This document shows, piece by piece, positions 43,366-51,669 of a DNA stretch of 51,669 nucleotides (positions are counted from its first letter, which is position 1; the number at the start of each line of letters is the position of its first letter). The stretch lies in assembly GCA_041739515.1 (NCBI GenBank), contig JBGSNS010000192.1, positions 1 through 51,669 of the forward strand, in the 5' to 3' direction. The notes below the pieces were generated by a model. It worked only from the letters and a program-made list of their open reading frames with translations. It was not told where the DNA came from and searched no databases. Both the position numbers and the translations under genes were made by a program. This DNA comes from Bdellovibrionota bacterium (GTDB lineage: Bacteria > Bdellovibrionota_C > UBA2361).

Positions 43366-45069
43366 CTAGGCGCCTTCGACTAACCACGCTGCTTCCCCCG
43401 GCAAAAGATCCATCGAGCCACTGACCATCTTACCAACAAGGGGATTTTTCCAATTTCCCTCAGGAAGACTAATTTTTTCAGTTTTCTGCGATGATAGATT
43501 TAGTACATGCAGAAAATGTGAGTCAGCTGCACGTCTCTCGATTGCAAAGACTGCGCTTCCAAGATTCAATGTGTGCTGCTCAGCCTCCGGATGCAAAGCA
43601 GGGATTTCTTTGCGTGCACGAAGCGCAGTCTTAATTTCTGAAAAGATTCGCGATGAGAATGATAGATCTAGATGTTCAGCGAGCGACTTGTCTGACCACT
43701 TACGCCGGTTTATAGAGCGCGCTCTGCCACTATTCTTAAGCCCTTCGTAGTCGTTCTGCCCTGCTATGAGACTCTGAAAATAGATCGCCGGGATGCCTCG
43801 TAGCGCCATCGCCGTCAGTTGAGAGCCAATAAATCTGCGGACCTGCAATTCACTGGTCTCGTCTTTCGTAGAACCCAGCGCATCAAAGTAAGTAATATTC
43901 AATTCGTATGGAATATCTGAGCCATCAGATACTCGCCGCGTCGAGATACGACCGCCCCGCTCGTTAACCCACCCTACCAACCGATCAAGATCTTCGTCCG
44001 GAGTTATCCCTTTAATTCCCCTAACACCTATTCCGTCATGCGAGGCGGTAAAATTTAAAAATGTGCACCCCGCCGGGACAGACCCAAGGCTCGCAACCCA
44101 GTCATTAAGATACTGGGAGGTCTCGGTGACGAACCCGTGTAACAGAAGTGGCGGGAGCGCGAAGTTGTACACCATGTGAGCTTCATTGCCGTTTCCAAAG
44201 TAGCTAACATTCTCAGAGTGAGGAACGTTTGTTTCACTCAGAACAATAAGATCCGGAGCGGACATCTCTGCTATCTGACGAAACACTTGCATTACGCTAT
44301 GAGTCTGGGGCAACGATACACAGGTGGTTCCAAGTTCCTTCCAAAGATACGTCGGCGCATCAAATCTAATAATTTTCGCTCCCCTATTAAGGTAAAGCAT
44401 CAAGACCCTAACTAGTTCAATCAATACACCCGGTTCTTTGAAATTTAGATCGACTTGGTCGGCGCTGAAAGTAGTCCAAATATGGCGAGGTCCTCGTGAC
44501 GTCGCAAATTCCGTTAGAAGGGGTAAACTGCGCGGACGCGTCACTTGAGAGTAATCGATCTTCGGATCGGCCTCGATAAAATAGTTTAGTGCGTATTCTT
44601 TCCCCGCTAAATAATCTTGAAACCATTGGTGCTTAGCTGAGCAATGATTGAGAACGAGATCAAACATTAGTGCGAAACGTTCGCTCAACTTGGAAACATC
44701 GTCCCAGGTGCCGAACTCAGCGCCAACCCCTGAATAATCCTGCACGGAAAACCCATCATCGGAGGTCCATGGATAAAAGGGAAGTAAGTGAATATGACTA
44801 AACGCCCCCGCAAGTTCCTTATCACAAAACTCTTTTAGTGTTTGCAGTGGTCGCTTGCCATTCTGATTCAAATTATCTGCGTATGTAATAAGAACGCTGG
44901 TGGCCTGATCCCATAGACCTTTCGATTTCTTGCCGGAATAATTTGGGGAGGTATGTATTCCGAGTACGGAAACTAGCTCTTTAACGATTAAGCTTGCGTC
45001 GTGATCTGGATAGAGAAACTCTATTTTTTGTCTTAAGCTTTCGATTTTTTTACTATCGACTGATTGCAT
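43366..45069 (-). CDS. GH13_18 sucrose-phosphorylase-family glycoside phosphorylase, YcjM-like (glucosylglycerate-phosphorylase-type)
   Basis: 567 aa. VLITYADN...FSHIHLLPFYPWTSDDGFSVQDY, MFDLVLNHCS, IIRFDAPTYLWKE, LSETNVPHSENVSYFGNGNEAHMVYNFALPPLLLH and FTASHDGIG align by eye with my memory of E. coli YcjM. Confidence 0.75.
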   Translation of the reverse strand: MQSVDSKKIESLRQKIEFLYPDHDASLIVKELVSVLGIHTSPNYSGKKSKGLWDQATSVLITYADNLNQNGKRPLQTLKEFCDKELAGAFSHIHLLPFYPWTSDDGFSVQDYSGVGAEFGTWDDVSKLSERFALMFDLVLNHCSAKHQWFQDYLAGKEYALNYFIEADPKIDYSQVTRPRSLPLLTEFATSRGPRHIWTTFSADQVDLNFKEPGVLIELVRVLMLYLNRGAKIIRFDAPTYLWKELGTTCVSLPQTHSVMQVFRQIAEMSAPDLIVLSETNVPHSENVSYFGNGNEAHMVYNFALPPLLLHGFVTETSQYLNDWVASLGSVPAGCTFLNFTASHDGIGVRGIKGITPDEDLDRLVGWVNERGGRISTRRVSDGSDIPYELNITYFDALGSTKDETSELQVRRFIGSQLTAMALRGIPAIYFQSLIAGQNDYEGLKNSGRARSINRRKWSDKSLAEHLDLSFSSRIFSEIKTALRARKEIPALHPEAEQHTLNLGSAVFAIERRAADSHFLHVLNLSSQKTEKISLPEGNWKNPLVGKMVSGSMDLLPGEAAWLVEGA

Positions 45070-45208
45070 AGGTAAGAATTTAGCCCTATGCGCTAATTAA
45101 CATCAAGGACGAGCATTCTTGTGCGCGTAGTCGAGTGAACGGATAGCGCATGTCAGATAGGTCTCCTGCTTGGGACGCCAGAGGGGACGGACACGTGCCA
45201 AAAGTATC

Positions 45209-46234
45209 TTAAATTCCAAGTGCGAGAGCCAGCTGCGCATACGAACTAAACTCTACATCAGGTAGCGGCGCATCTACACCGGAGCGGGCTCGCTGCGGAT
45301 CAACTTTACACCACGCAAACTTCATCCCGGCGGTGGCCGATGCCCCATCATTGGTCTGGCAGTTGCCGACAAAAAGCATTTCCTCAGGTCTAAGTCCTGC
45401 GATAGATGCCGATGCCCGAATGTGCAATTCACGAAAGAGAGCAGCGGTTGGTTTCATAACAAATCGTCCCTCGCAGCTTAATCTATGGGAGTAAAGCTGT
45501 GTTTGCGCGTCTGGGAAGAAGCTCTCCATGTTTATACCGCCTGGTGGCCCATCGCTCGTTGCCGCGTCAACTGTACGGCTAAATACCTTCTCAAGAATCG
45601 GGGGAGTATAAGGCTGAGAATTAGAGATAATGCCTAAATGCATTCCGCTATCTTTAGCCCGTCTAAGAAAATCGACGACGCCTGGAACAAGGGAAAATCG
45701 TGCACGACCGAGTTCAAAAACTGCAGCGAACTTAGCCCACGCTGTACGCTGCCCAAAAAACTCGCTATGCGGAGCAAGCAACTGGCCCCAAATTCCGATG
45801 GCATCCATTTCGGGCCAGATTGTCTCACCACGATTCACAAACGATCTCTTTTGTTCCGACTCGATCCGTTTAAAATCCGACCAGAGCTCGTCGGGGTCAA
45901 TTCCCTTTGGCAGCTCAGAATTCGCACAATATCTCCACGCTTCTGCGATGACTGAAGGTATGTCACTTCTTCGCGGAGTCGCCTCTATATGCCCAGGCTC
46001 GATTGCTGAGCTACTTAATATGGTATCGTAAACATCAAATCCGATGAATTTGATACCGGACAAGCACTGCATCAGTCCGAAATGCTCCATAGCGCCACTG
46101 GATTTTGGAAGTTCGCAAAAGGGGTGTAACCGGAGAAGGTCGTCGACTACTGGAGCCATGACCGCTTCGTCGCGCTGAGCAGTTAGATTCTCAGATAATT
46201 GTGGCCCACCACGACTTGAGGAAATACCGACCAT
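45209..46234 (-). CDS. HAD-superfamily hydrolase (putative sugar-phosphoglycerate phosphatase)
   Basis: 341 aa. Motif I is FIGFDVYDTIL, motif II is GIISNS, and motifs III/IV are FVGNCQTNDGASA. It lies 13 nt downstream of the glycosyltransferase gene. Confidence 0.6.
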   Translation of the reverse strand: MVGISSSRGGPQLSENLTAQRDEAVMAPVVDDLLRLHPFCELPKSSGAMEHFGLMQCLSGIKFIGFDVYDTILSSSAIEPGHIEATPRRSDIPSVIAEAWRYCANSELPKGIDPDELWSDFKRIESEQKRSFVNRGETIWPEMDAIGIWGQLLAPHSEFFGQRTAWAKFAAVFELGRARFSLVPGVVDFLRRAKDSGMHLGIISNSQPYTPPILEKVFSRTVDAATSDGPPGGINMESFFPDAQTQLYSHRLSCEGRFVMKPTAALFRELHIRASASIAGLRPEEMLFVGNCQTNDGASATAGMKFAWCKVDPQRARSGVDAPLPDVEFSSYAQLALALGI

Positions 46235-46247
46235 TGCTTAGTACCTT

Positions 46248-48077
46248 CTATCCCTGGTTAGCCGCCGTGCGATGGCCAAGCGGCACACTCCGATGGTGTG
46301 TATCTTGGTTCACTAACGTTCCATTCATCCGCGCAGCGACAAAGGTCGTAACGTCCTCCACAAACGGGGGAATCAAGAGGGCCGCCCGACTTCCTATCCT
46401 AACACCATCTGCTTCGAGTAGCTCTACAAAACGACGCAGCAGACCAGCATCTTTCTGCTCGCCGATGAGCTGATATTTAAGTCGGACTGCGTCCACAAGC
46501 GCATGCGGAAACCCGAATTCAAAACACATCTGCTCTCGGGCCTCTAGATAGGCTTCGTCCGATATACTATTCTGCCCCTGCTCTCCTTCCGGACTCAACC
46601 CGAGCCGGCCATTAATCGTCGAGATCGCCCAATCCAACCCAAAATTTTGCGCTCGACACATCGTCCGAATTGCGCTTCGTATCTCTTCGACCTGTGCGAT
46701 TAGGTGCTCGTTACGGATCTTCGCAGCGCGATCGATAATGCAGTTCGGTAAATCGAAGTTGCCGAAGTCTTGCAACGTAGCTCTTCCGTTTTCAATCAAA
46801 GGTCGAACGAGTCCGTCATATACGTCTTCAAGCATTCTAAATAGTCCGGTGGACGACGATCCTGGCGTGCTGGTCCCCATTGGGCTGTGATGATGCTCGT
46901 AGCGCGAAATGGCAACGCATCCGACAGGCACCCCTCCGCGGGCAGCCATTTCTCCCCACTCGATTAACATGCGAGATTCAAGTCCGTAACTCGGATGCAC
47001 TTGGAGTTTTGCTAGATGCTCAACTCTGATGGCTATTTCTCCGCTCAGCGGATAACGAAATTCAGCCATTGCCCGAACCACCTTTGCCGTTTCGGTAACC
47101 GTTGCGGAGGTCGTCTCATTAGCGCGATCTTCGAAATATTCCGCCATCGCCTTGATAATCGGATCAGAAAAACCACGCGTAAGGCGCCCGTTTAACTTAC
47201 CGGCATTAAGCCTAACAAATGAAGCTTTGGTTGCTGCGATTTGTGAGTGTTCGAGAATCGGTAGTACCAAAGAGGGAATTAAGGGAATCTCCGCGAAATT
47301 TCGGATATCCGCATCATGTATCAAAACTATCTTTGCTCTATGTAATTCTTGAGATGCAGCAACTCCTAAGGCAACCGCATTACCCTTTCCTGGTAACGAG
47401 CGACACATCTGCCCGCACCCCCTCGTTCGCCCTTCTGAAACAAGTGCTTCCTGCACCGCTTCATCGTTCATGTTGGTAAAAGTAAAGCATGAACGCAACG
47501 TCCCTGGATCGATCTGTCGATCGGGATCGCCCCAACAATTCTCCTTGAAGAAAACTAAGAATTGATTGAAGTGCTCCGTTAGCTTTGTGAGCGTTTGTGA
47601 AATATCGATCTGCTCACTTATGCCGCGAATAATAGTGTTGTCGTTAAACACGTAGTGAAACGAAATCGTGTTCCCGGATTCTGCCAAAAGTCTTCGATGT
47701 TCAGCTGCTATGGTCCTGATAACCTTTCCGTTCTCAGCATTAACATCGCGCGGCATCAGCGGAACGATCACAGTCAGCTTGTTCTCAGGAAGCGCCAAAA
47801 GTTCCCGAACCTCTGATCTTACAAAAGCAGAACGTAACTGGAGCTCATGTGGAGAAACAGCTCTTTGCTCAAAGTCAGCTAGGAGGTGCTCGCCAAGAGA
47901 GGGTAGCGAATGAAAGTGAGTGATGGATTGGGTTAATTTACCTCTGGGGCCACAAACATCACGAAGGCCAGAATCTGCTGAATCCAAAAAATTCGCAGAC
48001 ATGATTGCTGCTTGACCTAAACCGGACGGGATTCCGGATTGGTTTAGAGACGACTCGACCCTTTCAGCGCTTGTCAC
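46248..48077 (-). CDS. GT-A fold glycosyltransferase resembling glucosyl-/mannosyl-3-phosphoglycerate synthases, with long C-terminal extension
   Basis: 609 aa. LPGKGNAVALG, then IVLIHDADI (a DxD motif), then GRLTRGF...YPLSGEIAIR...YGLESRMLIE follow the order I recall for GpgS-type enzymes. The ORF starts with GTG at 48077, and an alternative ATG is at 48002. Confidence 0.5.
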   Translation of the reverse strand: MTSAERVESSLNQSGIPSGLGQAAIMSANFLDSADSGLRDVCGPRGKLTQSITHFHSLPSLGEHLLADFEQRAVSPHELQLRSAFVRSEVRELLALPENKLTVIVPLMPRDVNAENGKVIRTIAAEHRRLLAESGNTISFHYVFNDNTIIRGISEQIDISQTLTKLTEHFNQFLVFFKENCWGDPDRQIDPGTLRSCFTFTNMNDEAVQEALVSEGRTRGCGQMCRSLPGKGNAVALGVAASQELHRAKIVLIHDADIRNFAEIPLIPSLVLPILEHSQIAATKASFVRLNAGKLNGRLTRGFSDPIIKAMAEYFEDRANETTSATVTETAKVVRAMAEFRYPLSGEIAIRVEHLAKLQVHPSYGLESRMLIEWGEMAARGGVPVGCVAISRYEHHHSPMGTSTPGSSSTGLFRMLEDVYDGLVRPLIENGRATLQDFGNFDLPNCIIDRAAKIRNEHLIAQVEEIRSAIRTMCRAQNFGLDWAISTINGRLGLSPEGEQGQNSISDEAYLEAREQMCFEFGFPHALVDAVRLKYQLIGEQKDAGLLRRFVELLEADGVRIGSRAALLIPPFVEDVTTFVAARMNGTLVNQDTHHRSVPLGHRTAANQG

Positions 48078-48338
48078 TGACCTACACCACTAAGAAATCA
48101 TTGTTAAATAGAATTTGAGGGACAGCCTTTCGGCATGAGTTGGCACATCCAAAGTCGCCACCCGGTAGTTCTTGGCCCCAAACTGTGCGCAACTAAGAGC
48201 GGCGAAATAGCCCTCAAAGCCGACACCCCTCGTTTGTTAGCATTTGGTTAGCTTTGAATCCAGTCGCAAAATCTTGTCGAGTATCTCTCCAACTATCGTA
48301 ATAATTTCAATAGGTTCGAGAAACGTGCGAATGTTTGG

Positions 48339-49295
48339 TTAACCAGTAACGCTCCATACAGCGTGTGCCCGGTTGGGTGAGAGCCTAGCACCCGTCACCG
48401 AAACCACCTCTGCCGCAACGCGCGAGGCCCGTCGCAACGCCTCCATGGACGAAAGCCCAATGGACTCTCCGTATAGCAATGCCCCGAACAACGCGTCCCC
48501 AGCGCCGGTCGTATCGATCGCATTTGTTGAAATAGCCGGAACAGTTTGTATCTTTGAAAAATTACTCCCTGCAGCAAGCAGCGAGGCGCCATTCCTTCCG
48601 TGTGAGACCACTCTTCGGGTACTTGGCAGCACACGATCCTTAATCCCGAGTGCATCATGCTCGGCTTCGTTACCAACTAGTAAATCGATTCGGTCGATAA
48701 GCGCCAACAAGTTCTCCCGCTTAGCTTGAACAACTCCGGGATCGGAAAGCGAAAATGCTACAGATGCACCACGAGACTTCGCATTTTCAATGATCCGTTC
48801 CACCAACTGAGGGGCTGAACTAAAGAAATTATACGCTTCAACCAGGACCCAATCCCCTGTTGCGAGGTCATCAAACTGAGCTGCATTACAATCTAGATGC
48901 GTTGCCGCACCGAGCGACATAAACATCGTCCGCGTGCCACCTTCGCTCACCGCCACTAGGCACAGTCCGGTTTGATGCGCTGCAAGAATCTCCGGATAAA
49001 CTTCAACGCCGGTGGTTTCGAGATCCGCCTTAAACGTAGCGCCCAAATCGTCCGCTCCAATTGAAGTCATAAATCGAGCTTTGCCCCCGAGTGCAGCGAA
49101 GATCGCGAGAGAATTTGCGGACGCTCCTCCCCCAACGTCAGTAAACGATGTCGCCCCTAACTGCGCTAACAGACTTATTGATTCTGCGGGCGAAACTAGC
49201 CTGCGTTCTCCAGGAATAACGCCGACGGCACGCAACTGCTCCTCCGTAACGTAAAACACCCGATCAATGAACGCTTGGCCGCAACATAGAAGCAT
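48339..49295 (-). CDS. PfkB-family carbohydrate/nucleoside kinase
   Basis: The signature DTTGAGDALFGALLYG and an N-terminal GG dipeptide region are present. The start was taken as ATG 49295, whereas the ORF track opens at TTG 49316. Confidence 0.8.
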   Translation of the reverse strand: MLLCCGQAFIDRVFYVTEEQLRAVGVIPGERRLVSPAESISLLAQLGATSFTDVGGGASANSLAIFAALGGKARFMTSIGADDLGATFKADLETTGVEVYPEILAAHQTGLCLVAVSEGGTRTMFMSLGAATHLDCNAAQFDDLATGDWVLVEAYNFFSSAPQLVERIIENAKSRGASVAFSLSDPGVVQAKRENLLALIDRIDLLVGNEAEHDALGIKDRVLPSTRRVVSHGRNGASLLAAGSNFSKIQTVPAISTNAIDTTGAGDALFGALLYGESIGLSSMEALRRASRVAAEVVSVTGARLSPNRAHAVWSVTG

Positions 49296-49439
49296 AACAA
49301 CGATTGTAGCGTGCAATCAGTTGCGAGTCATGGGCCAAGGAGCTTGCATTGCTTACCACGGGCGAATACTGGATCCTCAACTCTTAATTTCCTAGTCTAC
49401 CGAACCAAGTCAGGAGACCAGTAATGATAGAGGAGAAAA

Positions 49440-50522
49440 ATGCAAAATAATCCTTCCCCATTTCTCGGTGTGATAGAGGGCTTTTACGGGCAACCGTGGT
49501 CCTGGGAGGTCCGCGAAGAATATTGTTCGTGGCTTAGTGCGAGTGGATATGCGTTTTTTATTTATGCGCCGAAAGCAGATAAATATCTTCGCAAATCTTG
49601 GGGTGAAACCTGGCCCGATCAAGAGCTGAACAAACTACGCACGCTTTCAAAGATCTGCTCCGCTGTAGGACTTAAGTTTGGAATTGGATTAAGTCCGTAT
49701 GAAATTTATAAGGATTATGGCGGTGAAGCGCAAAAAATATTGCGATCTAAAGTCGAGTTGATCTCTAAAGAATTAAAGCCATCCATCCTCTGCCTTCTCT
49801 TTGATGATATGCAGGGGGACATTCAAGACCTCGCTTCACTGCAGGTTCGAATCGCAGATGATGTTGCCGCCGTAAGTACCGCTGAGCGACATATTTTGTG
49901 CCCAACCTACTATTCTCTCGATCCAGTCCTCTCTAAACTGTTTGGTGAAGCTCCGAGCTCATATTTAGAGAACCTTGGACAGGCGCTTGACCCACGTTTT
50001 GATTTTTTTTGGACTGGTCCCCGAATCTGCTCCGCAGAGTACCCTGTTGATCACCTTGAATGGATCACAAGCCTGATGCGACGAAAACCGTTTCTTTGGG
50101 ATAACTATCCGGTGAACGACGATAAGAACATGTCGTTGTTCTTGCATCTACGGGCGTATCGAAACCGACCCGGAAGTCTGGCTCAATATCTAAGTGGTCA
50201 TTCAGTAAATCCAATGATGCAGCCTTGGCTCTCTCAGATTCCACTTGCGACGCTGCCGATGAGTTACGCTCAATCAGAGAGCTACGATCCGTTGGATGCG
50301 TTTAGAATCGCCGCAACAAAACTTCACGGAGAATCGCTAGCTAAGGCACTCCAAGAAGATCTGCCTCTTTTCCAAGACACCGGTCTTGGAAATATGACCG
50401 ATCAACAAAAACAGCATTTGCAAAATCGATATCATCAATTTTTACCAAATCGCGTAGCAAATGAAGTCGTAGGCTGGCTGCAAGGGCAATTCGCATTTGA
50501 TCCAAATTGCTATACCGAATGA
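49440..50522 (+). CDS. GH84-family beta-N-acetylglucosaminidase (O-GlcNAcase-like), cytoplasmic
   Basis: 360 aa with no signal peptide. GVIEGFYGQPWSWE, FIYAPKADKYLR, LLFDDMQGD (the catalytic Asp-Asp position), FWTGP, LWDNYPVND and VNPMMQ parallel the NagJ/OGA catalytic-domain motifs. A GAGGAG Shine-Dalgarno sequence lies upstream. Confidence 0.8.
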   Translation: MQNNPSPFLGVIEGFYGQPWSWEVREEYCSWLSASGYAFFIYAPKADKYLRKSWGETWPDQELNKLRTLSKICSAVGLKFGIGLSPYEIYKDYGGEAQKILRSKVELISKELKPSILCLLFDDMQGDIQDLASLQVRIADDVAAVSTAERHILCPTYYSLDPVLSKLFGEAPSSYLENLGQALDPRFDFFWTGPRICSAEYPVDHLEWITSLMRRKPFLWDNYPVNDDKNMSLFLHLRAYRNRPGSLAQYLSGHSVNPMMQPWLSQIPLATLPMSYAQSESYDPLDAFRIAATKLHGESLAKALQEDLPLFQDTGLGNMTDQQKQHLQNRYHQFLPNRVANEVVGWLQGQFAFDPNCYTE

Positions 50523-50526
50523 TGGC

Positions 50527-51633
50527 TTAACTTAGTAAACTAATTAGATGCTCTCTGTATCCGTCAGTTGCCGTGATCCGAATCGCCGAAGGAATGGTAT
50601 CTCCGGGGTTTCGCCCCGGCGCAGATGAATCAACCGCATGGGTCGTGCATTCAATCCCTCTTGCGCGCAGGATTTGAGCCATCAAAACGGTTGCCTTGTC
50701 GCTAGCGGCATCAAAGATACTACGCAATTCTTCCGGCTTGACGGCCTCTGCTCGACGTATTCCCCCTGTGGTAGCGGCAAGTTCCAAATTATTATATTTC
50801 CCGCGCATCACTGAGTAGGCACAGTTACCTCTCGCAAAATATTTGTAGAGGCTTGCCGCGAATGGCTGTGTGCGTTTCGCGATATCCAGCGACAGCTCTA
50901 CTCTGACCAACTCACGATACGAGTTTGCTATGATCTCTATGACATGAAACGGAACTTTCCTTGAAAATGAGTCCGCGTCGGTCAGCCAAGAAAGATCAGC
51001 CTCGCATGGAGAATTTTGTCCGCGAATCTCCGTCGAATTAAAATCCAAATACGACTTTAAAAGTGTGGCAATATCATGCAGATCTCGAGTCAACACCGAG
51101 TTACCATCGAAATTCCGCTCACGCAAAGTCTCCAGCAGATCTCCAATGACCAAAACTACGCGACGCGGATCGATTTCAAAAAGGGGAGTTTCAATCTGGC
51201 CTTGCCCCTGAGTCTCACCAATGCCACGAAGCGCGCGGGCGTGTATGCCGATACGAAGATCCTCGTCCACTCCACGAGCAAAGCGGAACGGGAAAACCCC
51301 GCCAGCGGACGCGTGAGCATTTGCAGAGACGAGTATTCCAGCTCCGGCTGTCCATGCAGAATCGGAATTTTCCGAAATGGCACGGATGGTATCAGTCCAA
51401 AGAAAATCCATGGCATGCAAAAGCGGATATTTACGGAGATCTGGAAGAGGAAATCTCCCACATTGACGATAGAAGTCTTTGGAGTAGCCATCTCTTTGTA
51501 GGTGGTCAATTAACAACGCAAGGTATTGAGGGTGCAATCCCGGAGTGTCCGCATCCATAGTTTGGATAAAGAACCGATGCGCCTCATAAAAAAGGTTACC
51601 GAAGAGCACCGAATCTGATGGTCGAAACCTCAA
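50527..51633 (-). CDS. Hypothetical protein (368 aa), no recognisable motif
   Basis: This long ORF is convergent with the GH84 gene across a 4-nt gap. It opens at TTG 51633, and the first ATG is at 51558. Coding is supported only by its length and by the lack of competing ORFs. Confidence 0.35.
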   Translation of the reverse strand: MRFRPSDSVLFGNLFYEAHRFFIQTMDADTPGLHPQYLALLIDHLQRDGYSKDFYRQCGRFPLPDLRKYPLLHAMDFLWTDTIRAISENSDSAWTAGAGILVSANAHASAGGVFPFRFARGVDEDLRIGIHARALRGIGETQGQGQIETPLFEIDPRRVVLVIGDLLETLRERNFDGNSVLTRDLHDIATLLKSYLDFNSTEIRGQNSPCEADLSWLTDADSFSRKVPFHVIEIIANSYRELVRVELSLDIAKRTQPFAASLYKYFARGNCAYSVMRGKYNNLELAATTGGIRRAEAVKPEELRSIFDAASDKATVLMAQILRARGIECTTHAVDSSAPGRNPGDTIPSAIRITATDGYREHLISLLS

Positions 51634-51669
51634 ATAATACGTTACCGAACATTTATAAGGTGGCGTTAT

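Overview
This 51.7-kb window looks like a chromosomal segment from an aerobic, diderm-type bacterium. I cannot assign the lineage from sequence alone. All calls come from reading the ORF translations and the DNA by eye, and no searches were run.

Gene content, in order:
- A 5'-truncated kup, slyD, a glutathione peroxidase, and a lysozyme/pesticin-like protein.
- A 616-aa WhiA-like protein (degenerate LAGLIDADG plus HTH domains), then alr and pepF.
- A PIN/Phd-type toxin-antitoxin pair.
- The imuA-imuB-dnaE2 mutagenesis cassette, sitting behind a perfect 36-bp palindrome.
- A small lipoprotein, an unusual two-module (tandem) D-Ala-D-Ala ligase, and an AMP nucleosidase.
- A five-gene secreted/TadE/TadE/TadG-like cluster with no pilus machinery in the window.
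- A caa3-type cytochrome oxidase operon (SCO, II, I, III, IV), a DtxR/MntR-like regulator, yqeY, and an SDR39U1-type epimerase-family protein.
- Glycerol/G3P genes: glpK, a GpdQ/CpdA-like phosphoesterase, glpD, and a long gpsA-like gene. These are interrupted by a P-loop kinase fused to an AbiEii-like nucleotidyltransferase.
- A putative glycosyl-glycerate compatible-solute locus: a GpgS-like GT-A enzyme, a HAD phosphatase, a YcjM-like GH13_18 phosphorylase, and a glycerate kinase.
- A PfkB kinase, a cytoplasmic GH84 enzyme, and one unknown protein.

The strongest non-genic signal is a family of REP-doublet (REPIN/MITE-like) elements. Their hairpin is preserved by compensatory base changes, and they fill several intergenic gaps almost stop codon to stop codon.

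No rRNA, tRNA, CRISPR array, integrase or transposase was seen.

The best candidates for undescribed biology are:
- the kinase-NTase fusion;
- the WhiA-like protein together with the muramidase-like gene next to it;
- the tandem Ddl;
- the REPIN-like family;
- the imuA operator palindrome;
- the shared C-terminal SSNP tails in the Tad-like cluster.
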